The notes under the pieces: model-generated
What the model saw: the letters and a program-made list of their open reading frames with translations, nothing else
Database searches by the model: none
Told to the model about the DNA's origin: nothing
Virus record (IMG/VR): IMGVR_UViG_3300017747_000258
Location: 1 to 31,921 of that record
From: a virus
Lineage: Duplodnaviria; Caudoviricetes
DNA length: 31,921 nucleotides
Direction: 5' to 3' (one strand)
Position numbers and translations under genes: made by a program
In this document: piece after piece, positions 8,495 to 16,274 of the stretch
How positions within the stretch are numbered: position 1 is the stretch's first letter
Layout: each line of letters begins with the position of its first letter

Positions 8495-8980
8495 ATGGAA
8501 GATAAACTGCTTGATGCGCGCATTAAGGCGCTATGGCTTGCCGCCCGCACGATGGCCTTCGTCATCGTTGCAATCACCTGTGCCATGATTGTCGGCCTGT
8601 TCGTGTCGAACGAAATCATCGACAACAAGGACGTCTTCGGCCTCCTTAGCTACGTCATGACTTCGGTTGTTGGCGCTGTGGCTGGCTCATATGCCACGCT
8701 GATGGGTATGAAGGGTGAGTTGGTTCCGCCACCGCCAGAAGACCGCAACGACCCTGAGCCAGAAGAGCCTGCGCCTGCCCCGCTTGACCTGACACCGGAG
8801 ATGGCCCCAAAGGCGTATGACGACCCGCAGGCCACCGTCTTTATCGACGAGCCTGAAGACGACGATGATGACGACATGGAGCCTTGGGAGAAGTACCGCA
8901 ACGATATGCGTTATGACATCAACGGTGATGGCGTAGTGGACGAAAATGACTTTCCTGATTGGCGGAGTGCTGGCAAATGA
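8495..8980 (+). CDS. Two-TM membrane protein (holin candidate) with acidic/Pro tail and EF-hand-like loop
   Basis: Two hydrophobic segments; DINGDGVVDEND at 8915-8950; ATGA overlap with the endolysin. Confidence 0.55.
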   Translation: MEDKLLDARIKALWLAARTMAFVIVAITCAMIVGLFVSNEIIDNKDVFGLLSYVMTSVVGAVAGSYATLMGMKGELVPPPPEDRNDPEPEEPAPAPLDLTPEMAPKAYDDPQATVFIDEPEDDDDDDMEPWEKYRNDMRYDINGDGVVDENDFPDWRSAGK

Positions 8981-9588
8981 GCTTAATCAACCTTCAAAGC
9001 AAATGTGGATGTCATGCAGATGGTGCGTTCGGTCCGGGTACACTTAAGGCAGCTGCGGCTTACTATAAGCTATCACCTAATCGGGCTGCGCATTTCTTTG
9101 CTCAAACGGCGCATGAAAGCGGCGGCTTCAAAGCGTTCAGCGAAAACCTGAACTATGGTGCAAAAGGCCTACGCGGTATTTTTGGCAAGTACTTCCCGAC
9201 TGATGCGCTGGCTCGCGCCTACGAACGTCAACCGCAAAAGATTGCCAATCGTGTCTATGCAAATCGCATGGGCAACGGACCTGAAATCTCAGGAGACGGC
9301 TGGAAATATCGCGGACGCGGCGCGCTCCAACTCACCGGCAGGGACAACTACCAAGCCTTTGCCAACTACATCGGACGCCCAGAAGTGATGGATAACCCAG
9401 ACCTTGTGGCTGGCGAACTGTGCTTCGAGAGCGCGTTGTGGTTCTTCGACCGGAACAAGCTCTGGGGTATCTGCGACCAAGGAGTTAACGACGCTACAAT
9501 ACTTGCGCTGACAAAGCGTATTAATGGTGGTACACATGGCCTAGACGACCGTAAACTGAAGACCAAGAAGTACGCTACTTGGGCGTAA
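8977..9588 (+). CDS. Endolysin, glycoside hydrolase family 19
   Basis: AHFFAQTAHESGGF, YRGRGALQLTGRDNY and TKRINGG motifs; short N-terminal DGAFGPGT peptidoglycan-binding-like motif; ATG at 8977. Confidence 0.9.
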   Translation: MSLINLQSKCGCHADGAFGPGTLKAAAAYYKLSPNRAAHFFAQTAHESGGFKAFSENLNYGAKGLRGIFGKYFPTDALARAYERQPQKIANRVYANRMGNGPEISGDGWKYRGRGALQLTGRDNYQAFANYIGRPEVMDNPDLVAGELCFESALWFFDRNKLWGICDQGVNDATILALTKRINGGTHGLDDRKLKTKKYATWA

Positions 9589-9599
9589 GGAGAACGACG

Positions 9600-9767
9600 A
9601 TGGATTTTAAGAGCACACTAAAACGTAAGGGCGAAGAAACCGCAGGCAAAATACTGCCTATGGAGGATGTGGCCGCCCCACGCTTCGGTACAAAGGTACG
9701 ATTAGCAGCTGCACTCGTAGGTATCGTTATAGTCCTGACGCTAATCTCACACTATCTGGGTAACTAA
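9600..9767 (+). CDS. Small membrane protein (55 aa) with C-terminal TM helix
   Basis: TAAGGAG SD and ATG at 9600; LAAALVGIVIVLTLI; immediately follows the endolysin. Confidence 0.6.
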   Translation: MDFKSTLKRKGEETAGKILPMEDVAAPRFGTKVRLAAALVGIVIVLTLISHYLGN

Positions 9768-9810
9768 GACTAACCCAAACCCTTAATTTAGGAAGGAGGG
9801 AGGCTAAATA

Positions 9811-10515
9811 ATGTTCGGTTTCTCTCCTTTCTCAGGGTCGGCCTTTTCCGATATCAAGGAAACCAACCGGGTAGTCGTAGAGCTAACCGGGTTTGAACTT
9901 GACGTCATCGACGATGGCGTAGGCGTGTCTGCGGGCGGCAACATATCCGTAGACCCTAATGACGTAGATGGCGTCGGTGAGATCGGTACACCGTTCATAA
10001 GTGGTGACGCCAACGTATCTGCAGTAGCGGTAACTGCGCAAGCTGCACTTGGTTCTGTAGCTATACGCGCTACTTCAACCACAGCACTTACTTCGGTATC
10101 TGCTGAAGGTTTGGTGGGCACGGCTAATGCCGTCGTTAACACAGCCGCAGCGGTATCCGGCCTAACTGCATCTGGTGCAATCGGTTCGGTAACTACTTCA
10201 TCTAAAGCTATCGTTACGCTTACGGGGGTAGAAGCCACTACTTCTGTCGCCTCTGTATCCATACTTCTATCGCAACGCGTACGTGTAACGGGCCTAGAAG
10301 CTACCGGTCAGGTAGGAACCCCTAGCGTAGTAGCTGGTTGTAAAGTCCTTGTCACTGGTGTACAAGCTGCAGGACTAATCACAACTCCGTTAGTATGGGG
10401 CGTTATTAACGATAACCAAACACCAAACTGGGTGCCGGTTGACGATTTGCAGGTAAATAGCTGGGCACAGGTAAATGACGGAAACACAGTAATCTGGACT
10501 CAGATACCGACGTAA
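9811..10515 (+). CDS. Fibre-like structural protein with 22-aa repeats
   Basis: Strong SD GGAAGGAGGGAGG; periodic xTGxxAxGxVGxxxV units; Trp-periodic C-terminus. Confidence 0.65.
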   Translation: MFGFSPFSGSAFSDIKETNRVVVELTGFELDVIDDGVGVSAGGNISVDPNDVDGVGEIGTPFISGDANVSAVAVTAQAALGSVAIRATSTTALTSVSAEGLVGTANAVVNTAAAVSGLTASGAIGSVTTSSKAIVTLTGVEATTSVASVSILLSQRVRVTGLEATGQVGTPSVVAGCKVLVTGVQAAGLITTPLVWGVINDNQTPNWVPVDDLQVNSWAQVNDGNTVIWTQIPT

Positions 10516-10524
10516 GGAACGAAG

Positions 10525-11466
10525 ATGCCAAGTACATACAGCAACCTTAAAATTCAGCTAATGGCAACGGGTGAGAACAACACCTCATGGGGTGACGTCA
10601 CTAACGTCAACCTCGGCACTGCACTAGAAGAAGCTATCGTTGGTTCTGCTGATGTTACTTTCTCCAGTGGCAACGTCACGCTCACGCTCACTAATACCAA
10701 CGCATCTCAGACGGCGCGTAACTTACGTTTACGCTGCACAGGGACAACTGGCGGGTCAACTCGCAATCTCGTAGTCCCTTCGATTGAGAAACCGTACATC
10801 ATCCAGAACGACTGCGCGGACAGCATCCTCGTTAAGACTGCAGCGGGTACCGGTATCACCGTACCTGCAGGTGCTTCGACTTGGGTCTACAGCGACGGGG
10901 TTAATGTCGTTAGTGCTCTTTCCTATGCGCCATTTATAGGCGCTTTGGACTTTGCTTCGGTCAACGCGGTAGTTGGAACTCTAGTCGCTACGAACCTGAC
11001 ATCCACAAACATTGCCGCTACAAACGTTACCTCTACGAACGTCAACGCCACAACTGCGATACTTACGAACCTGACGTCTACGAACGCTACGACCACAAAC
11101 CTAACTGCTACGACAGTATTAGACGCAGGCACCATAGGTGCAGCGGCTCCCGGTTTCCGTGGTCTACCGCAGAACGCCCGGACCGGCGCTTACACGCTGG
11201 CGTTGTCTGACGCAGGCAAGCAGGTTTCCAACACGACTGGCGGCTGGGTCATCCCCGCCAACGCCTCTGTCGCGTTCCCTGTCGATACAGCCATCGTCCT
11301 ATTCAACAACAGCGGTAGCAGCCAAACTATTTCCATCACGTCAGACACACTACGTCAGGCAGGGACCGCGAACACGGGGACGCGCACTCTCGCTCAGTAC
11401 GGCCTAGCAACGTGCGTCAAAGTTGCCTCTACTACATGGGTAATCAGTGGCGCGGGTCTCAGCTAA
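10525..11466 (+). CDS. Tail fibre protein
   Basis: GENxxxWG N-terminal motif, xxxTN pentapeptide shaft, C-terminal YTLALSDAGK...WVISG domain. Confidence 0.7.
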   Translation: MPSTYSNLKIQLMATGENNTSWGDVTNVNLGTALEEAIVGSADVTFSSGNVTLTLTNTNASQTARNLRLRCTGTTGGSTRNLVVPSIEKPYIIQNDCADSILVKTAAGTGITVPAGASTWVYSDGVNVVSALSYAPFIGALDFASVNAVVGTLVATNLTSTNIAATNVTSTNVNATTAILTNLTSTNATTTNLTATTVLDAGTIGAAAPGFRGLPQNARTGAYTLALSDAGKQVSNTTGGWVIPANASVAFPVDTAIVLFNNSGSSQTISITSDTLRQAGTANTGTRTLAQYGLATCVKVASTTWVISGAGLS

Positions 11467-11867
11467 TGACTGGGATTATATGCGCACTGGCTGGAAGTGG
11501 TGGGTCGATATACGTCGGAACCGCAACGGTAACTGTTGGGTTCACGTCTGGCGGCGGCTTCAGTAGTTATGGTTTCGGTGCCGGGGGCCAAGGTAGTATC
11601 ACACCAGCGACATGGGCGGACAGCGGCCTAACCTTTTCTCAACTTAAAGACGTCTATAACTCGGGCGTACCAGCATGGTTAGATTTCACGGTTTTTGGAA
11701 GCGCGCCTAATTCCGGTTGGTCTACGCTGACGATTAATGGAACCTCACTTAACCGCGTTGATGCTTCTTACAGCAGCGGCGGGTCAACAACATCTTGGAT
11801 ATTTTATGGTGCGCCTACCGTGTTCGGCACAACCGTTGGCGACACGAGGTCAATCGTATGGGCATAA
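11466..11867 (+). CDS. Putative distal fibre/receptor-binding protein
   Basis: TAATG-coupled ATG at 11466; G/S/T and aromatic-rich; follows the fibre gene. Confidence 0.5.
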   Translation: MTGIICALAGSGGSIYVGTATVTVGFTSGGGFSSYGFGAGGQGSITPATWADSGLTFSQLKDVYNSGVPAWLDFTVFGSAPNSGWSTLTINGTSLNRVDASYSSGGSTTSWIFYGAPTVFGTTVGDTRSIVWA

Positions 11868-12034
11868 CAATCTTCTACCCAGCAAATAAAGCTGAATGGT
11901 ACGCCAAGGGTACGCTTGAGGGCGGCACCTATTTTGAAGTGCCTGCTGTGTTTAACGCAGACGGGGCTTGTGATACCGTGGCTACCGACGCTAAAGTGCA
12001 GCAGCTAATCTTTGCATTGAGTGAAAAAAGTTAA
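11858..12034 (+). CDS. Small hypothetical protein (58 aa)
   Basis: GAGGT SD and ATG at 11858; TAATG coupling downstream. Confidence 0.6.
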   Translation: MGITIFYPANKAEWYAKGTLEGGTYFEVPAVFNADGACDTVATDAKVQQLIFALSEKS

Positions 12035-13965
12035 TGCCATTTATCAAGCTCCAGTTTAAGCCCGGTGTGAACCGCGACCAGACCAACTACTCAAACGAGG
12101 GCGGCTGGTTTGAGTGCGACAAAATCAGGTTCCGTTCTGGCTACCCTGAGAAGCTTGGCGGCTGGCAGCGTTCTGCCCCTAGCGACTTCGTTGGCTACTG
12201 CCGTCAGATGTTGAACTGGATCACGACTTATTCAGACGACATGCTCGCCATGGGCACCAACGTCAAAGTCTACATCGAAATTGCTGGTAACTTCTACGAT
12301 ATCACGCCACTGCGCGACGACGTGCCGGTCCTTTCTACACCGGATACGGACAACTGCATAAACACGACTAACGCCACCACAACTATTACCGTTAACCTTG
12401 GAGCCACTGCACATGGTGCGCAGACTGGTGACTATGTAATTATTGCGGGGGTTACCGGCTCAGGCAGTCCATCCGCTATTGGTGGTATCCCCATCACCGA
12501 GATTAACGGCACCTATGAGATAACCCGTGTAGACAACTTCATCTTCACCTACACAGTTAGCACAGCTGCTACATCAACTGTTTCCGCCGCAGGTGGCACT
12601 GCCATAGACCTATCTTTCCAAATCAGCCCCGGTAACGCAATAACAGTCGGTGGTTATGGGTGGAACGTAGGTACATGGGGTCGCGGTGATTGGGGCACAG
12701 GTACCATTACTCCTGTGTTTCTGCCACAGCGTGACTGGTGGTTTGATAACTTCGACAACGACCTCGTTATGAATATCCGTAATGGCGAGGGCTACTGGTG
12801 GGTGCGCGGCACGCTGGAAGACCCCGGCCCCGCTTTGTCTACGCCAGCTATCCGCCTTGCGGATTACGCCGATGGTGAAGGGTTTGACCCTGACGCTGTT
12901 CCAGCACAGATTATGCAGTTGCTGGTATCGCAGCAAGACCGCCACTTGATTGCCTTTGGCGCAGTGCCATTTGGGTCTACAGATACTGCCGATTTTGATC
13001 CACTACTTATCCGCTGGGCCGACCAAGATACCCCGGGTGACTGGACTCCTACACAGACCAACACCGCTGGCGACCTACGCATTTCTCGTGGTTCGCGTAT
13101 CGTACGGGCACTACCTACTCGTCAGGAAATCTTGGTCTGGACTGACACGCACCTTTTCACCCTGCAGTTTCTTGGCACCACAGATGTGTTCGGGCTTCAG
13201 GAGTATGCGGATAACATATCAGTTATGTCGCCTCGGGCTATGTCATCAGCTGCCAACATTACGTACTGGATGGGGCAAGACAAGTTCTATGCCTACACAG
13301 GCCGCGTCGAGACACTACCATGCTCACTGCGTAACCACGTGTTCAACAACTTCAACATCAACCAAGCAGACCAAGTGGTGTGCGGTACTAACGAGCGTTG
13401 GAACGAGATATGGTGGTTCTACCCAACCGAGCAGAGCGACTATAACGATGCCTATGTTGTCTATAACCACCTTGAGCGCATCTGGTATTACGGCACTATA
13501 GACCGCACTGCATGGCTCGACACCGCGCTGCGGAACTACCCACAAGCTACCAACACTCCGGGTGGCACAAACGCAGGTACCCTATACATCCATGAGTTTG
13601 GCGTTAACGATGACGCCCTGCCTATGGAGAGCTACATCCAATCGTCGGACTTCGACCTTGAGGACGGCGACCAGTTCATGCTAACTCGGCGCATATTGCC
13701 CGATATTAACTTCAGTGGTTCGGTAGCTGATAATCCAGAAGTCACGCTGCAAATCCGCCCACGGAACTTTCCGGGGTCTAGCTTCTCTGGCGATGCCGCC
13801 GATACGCAGCGCGTTATAGAAACGTCGGTAAACCAGTATACAGACCAGATATTTGTCCGTGCCCGTGCGCGTCAGATGGCGCTTAAAATCCAGTCGGATA
13901 CTCTCGGTGTTAACTGGCAGCTTGGCGCACCACGCTTGGACGCTCGCCCAGATGGTAAACGCTAA
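12034..13965 (+). CDS. Tail nozzle/head-closure protein (P22 gp10 / T7 gp12-like beta-propeller)
   Basis: 643 aa; IRWADQD, EILVWTD, EIWWFYP and YVVYN..E.IW motifs; lies before the ejection genes. Confidence 0.75.
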   Translation: MPFIKLQFKPGVNRDQTNYSNEGGWFECDKIRFRSGYPEKLGGWQRSAPSDFVGYCRQMLNWITTYSDDMLAMGTNVKVYIEIAGNFYDITPLRDDVPVLSTPDTDNCINTTNATTTITVNLGATAHGAQTGDYVIIAGVTGSGSPSAIGGIPITEINGTYEITRVDNFIFTYTVSTAATSTVSAAGGTAIDLSFQISPGNAITVGGYGWNVGTWGRGDWGTGTITPVFLPQRDWWFDNFDNDLVMNIRNGEGYWWVRGTLEDPGPALSTPAIRLADYADGEGFDPDAVPAQIMQLLVSQQDRHLIAFGAVPFGSTDTADFDPLLIRWADQDTPGDWTPTQTNTAGDLRISRGSRIVRALPTRQEILVWTDTHLFTLQFLGTTDVFGLQEYADNISVMSPRAMSSAANITYWMGQDKFYAYTGRVETLPCSLRNHVFNNFNINQADQVVCGTNERWNEIWWFYPTEQSDYNDAYVVYNHLERIWYYGTIDRTAWLDTALRNYPQATNTPGGTNAGTLYIHEFGVNDDALPMESYIQSSDFDLEDGDQFMLTRRILPDINFSGSVADNPEVTLQIRPRNFPGSSFSGDAADTQRVIETSVNQYTDQIFVRARARQMALKIQSDTLGVNWQLGAPRLDARPDGKR

Positions 13966-14267
13966 TGGCACTTGATAGGTTCCGCGCTGCTCCTTTGCCT
14001 AACGCGCCGTCACAGTACGACCCGCAGTATATGCGGCAGGTTATCCGCGTTATAGAAAACTACTTCTCGCAGTTGGACTCAAACACACCGAATAACGCTC
14101 AGAAATATACGGCTGATACGTTCAACGGGATTGCAGCTACACGGAACGTGACTACCACCGAAAAGAACGCGCTTGCACCTGAAGCAGGGTGGGTAGTTTT
14201 TGATACCACATTAGGAAAACTTTGTGTATACGACGGGTCTGCTTGGGAAACCGTGACTTCGGTATAG
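13965..14267 (+). CDS. Small tail-associated protein
   Basis: TAATG coupling; C-terminal GWVVFDTTLGKLCVYDGSAW fibre-type motif. Confidence 0.55.
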   Translation: MALDRFRAAPLPNAPSQYDPQYMRQVIRVIENYFSQLDSNTPNNAQKYTADTFNGIAATRNVTTTEKNALAPEAGWVVFDTTLGKLCVYDGSAWETVTSV

Positions 14268-14279
14268 GGATAAGGGACA

Positions 14280-15842
14280 ATGGATTACAACGCAGCTTCA
14301 CCTATGGGTAACACCCCACAGCTAGGCACCCCTATACCCGGCACTACGGGTGGTCTCCCCATGCAGGGTGGACTTAATGTAGCTCAGAACCCACTGGCGC
14401 AGCAGTTGCAGTCGCAAGGTCGCGGCGAAGACTCCATGCTTGTCCATATGACACCCGCCGAGGTTAACAGCCTCCAAGGCCTAGCTATGGCGCATGGCGG
14501 GTCACTTACCATTAACCCAGAAACAGGTCTTCCCGAAGCGGGCTGGCTTGGCAAACTACTCCCCACTATTCTTGGTGCTATCGCTACGCCGCTTACTGGG
14601 GGTCTTATCAACCCTCTAACTGCCAGCGCCTTGATTGGTGCAGGTACAGGTATTGCCACAGGTAGCCTCAAGAAAGGTCTGATGGCTGGTCTTCAAGCTT
14701 ATGGCGGCGCGGCTCTTGGTTCTGCGGCGGGCCTCAACGCAGGTTCTTTTGGTATCGGTCAGGCAGCAAACGCGGCTAATGTTGCTGGTGCTGCGGGTGC
14801 TGGTGCGGGTGCTGGTGCTGGTGCTGGTGCTGGTGCTGGTGCTGGTGCTGGTGCTGGTGCTGGTGCTGGTGCTGGTGCTGGTGCTGGTGCTGTGGGTACT
14901 AGCACGGCTGGGCTTACTCCAACTCTATCACTAGCCCCTGTCGAGGGTGCGGTTAATGTAACCGGAAATCTAGCTGGCGCTACTAGTCAGGTTGCGGGCC
15001 AAGCTGCTAAAACGGGTCTTGCTGGATTTGCTCAAAACTTCGGTAATGCGGCACGTGCGGGCTTACCCGCCGGTACTCCGGGGATTATCTCCAAAGCCGC
15101 ACCGATGATAGCGGGCATGGGCGTCATGGGTGGCATCAGCAATGCAATGGCACCTTCGATGGGCACCATGGGTTCGGATGGCGTAATAGATAACTCTTAT
15201 GCTGGTCCTTATACTGCGCAACGACGTACAGCTACTTTTGCTCCATCTACCGATGAGCTTCTTAGCTCGTCTAAAGAGCGGCGCTACTTCGACGTAGACA
15301 TGCCTGAAGTCTACAATATGCAGGGGCAAGTTGTGCGTCCGGGTTCCAGCACTGCATCGGGCACGCCGATTATGCAAAACGTTCTGAACCCTAATGCGAC
15401 GAAGGGTCAGAACCGCTACAACCAGATATTTAATCCCTATATGACCGGCGCTGATCTTGGCGAGATGGACATTAGCTATGCCGGAGGCGGTGAAGTTGAA
15501 TTGTCTGATGGAGCCTTTGTGCTCGATGCGCGCACGGTATCTGAAGTTGGTAATGGCAGCAGCAACGCAGGCATGGAAGCTCTTCGCCGTATTGGTGGCC
15601 GTCCGATTGATGGTCCGGGTGACGGAGTAAGTGATAGCATTCCTGCTCGTATAGGCCGCGACCAGCCAGCACGTGTTGCACGCGATGAGGTATTAGTACC
15701 CGCAGACGCAGTGCGCCGCCTTGGTAAAGGCAACCCGAAGAAGGGGGCCGACAAGCTGTACTCGCTTATGAATAAGGCGCACAAAGCCCGCAAGAAAGCA
15801 AAGCGCGGCCAAGACACTAAAGTACGTCGCGGCCTTGCATAA
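14280..15842 (+). CDS. Internal virion/DNA ejection protein
   Basis: Gly/Ala/Met-rich; TINPETGLPEA motif, hydrophobic Gly-zipper segment, (GA)n tract and GPGDGVSDSIPA domain. Confidence 0.65.
   Translation: MDYNAASPMGNTPQLGTPIPGTTGGLPMQGGLNVAQNPLAQQLQSQGRGEDSMLVHMTPAEVNSLQGLAMAHGGSLTINPETGLPEAGWLGKLLPTILGAIATPLTGGLINPLTASALIGAGTGIATGSLKKGLMAGLQAYGGAALGSAAGLNAGSFGIGQAANAANVAGAAGAGAGAGAGAGAGAGAGAGAGAGAGAGAGAGAVGTSTAGLTPTLSLAPVEGAVNVTGNLAGATSQVAGQAAKTGLAGFAQNFGNAARAGLPAGTPGIISKAAPMIAGMGVMGGISNAMAPSMGTMGSDGVIDNSYAGPYTAQRRTATFAPSTDELLSSSKERRYFDVDMPEVYNMQGQVVRPGSSTASGTPIMQNVLNPNATKGQNRYNQIFNPYMTGADLGEMDISYAGGGEVELSDGAFVLDARTVSEVGNGSSNAGMEALRRIGGRPIDGPGDGVSDSIPARIGRDQPARVARDEVLVPADAVRRLGKGNPKKGADKLYSLMNKAHKARKKAKRGQDTKVRRGLA
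14808..14891 (+). repeat. Perfect (GGTGCT)14 in-frame microsatellite encoding (Gly-Ala)14
   Basis: 84 nt of exact hexamer repeat; degenerate copies from 14784. Confidence 0.95.
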
Positions 15843-16273
15843 TGCAAGTTACGCTTATCCCTACCGAGCATGTGAATGGGTTGTGGCCTCGCATCTTTCC
15901 GCACCTGAGTAAAGCTGCGGAGTACACCTTTGGTCGGTATGAGCCTGAAGATATCCTCGACTCGATTACGCAATATGACCACCATCTTTGGGTTGCGTTT
16001 GTAGGCGAAGAGATCAAAGGTATTACGATAACCTGCTTTAAACAGTACCCGCGTATGTTGTGTCTTGATATGGTATTTTGCGCAGGCGATGAAGGTATGG
16101 AGTGGAAAGCCCCCATGCTTAAAATGTTGCAGCACTGGGCGTACGATAATGACTGTGATCGTATCGAGTCTTCTGGTAGGATCGGTTGGTCAAAGATTTT
16201 TAAAAACGATGGATATAAAGCACTTTGGCAGGTATATGAATTGCCAGTCGCAGATACAGGACTAGGAGCGTAA
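15842..16273 (+). CDS. GNAT-fold-like protein at the T7 gp13-type position
   Basis: LWVAF..IKGITIT, WAYDNDCDRIESSGRIGW; lies between ejection genes. Confidence 0.55.
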   Translation: MQVTLIPTEHVNGLWPRIFPHLSKAAEYTFGRYEPEDILDSITQYDHHLWVAFVGEEIKGITITCFKQYPRMLCLDMVFCAGDEGMEWKAPMLKMLQHWAYDNDCDRIESSGRIGWSKIFKNDGYKALWQVYELPVADTGLGA

Positions 16274-16274
16274 T

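Noticed and set aside
8287-8505. Nested Rz1-like o-spanin inside the coiled-coil membrane gene
   Set aside because: No hydrophobic signal, lipobox or SD.
1928-10520. Recurring TAAGGA at gene ends (1928, 2411, 2897, 3284, 9586, 10513) as a late promoter motif
   Set aside because: Explained by a stop codon fused to the next gene's SD, which is common in compact phage operons.
753-11857. Upstream ORF-track starts at 753, 8959, 9579, 11412 and 11795
   Set aside because: Downstream ATGs (810, 8977, 9600, 11466, 11858) have SD sequences or stop-start coupling and avoid long overlaps.
12021-12036. GAAAAAAG run as a -1 frameshift fusing the 11858 ORF to the nozzle gene
   Set aside because: The A_AAA_AAG heptamer is not in the zero frame of the upstream ORF; ordinary TAATG coupling explains the junction.
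14808-14891. CRISPR-like array
   Set aside because: Simple hexamer repeat without spacers; no repeat-spacer array, tRNA or rRNA was recognised anywhere in the window.
14701-14934. Alternative-frame ORF with an (LV)n hydrophobic tract
   Set aside because: It is a frame-shifted reading of the GGTGCT repeat with no SD.
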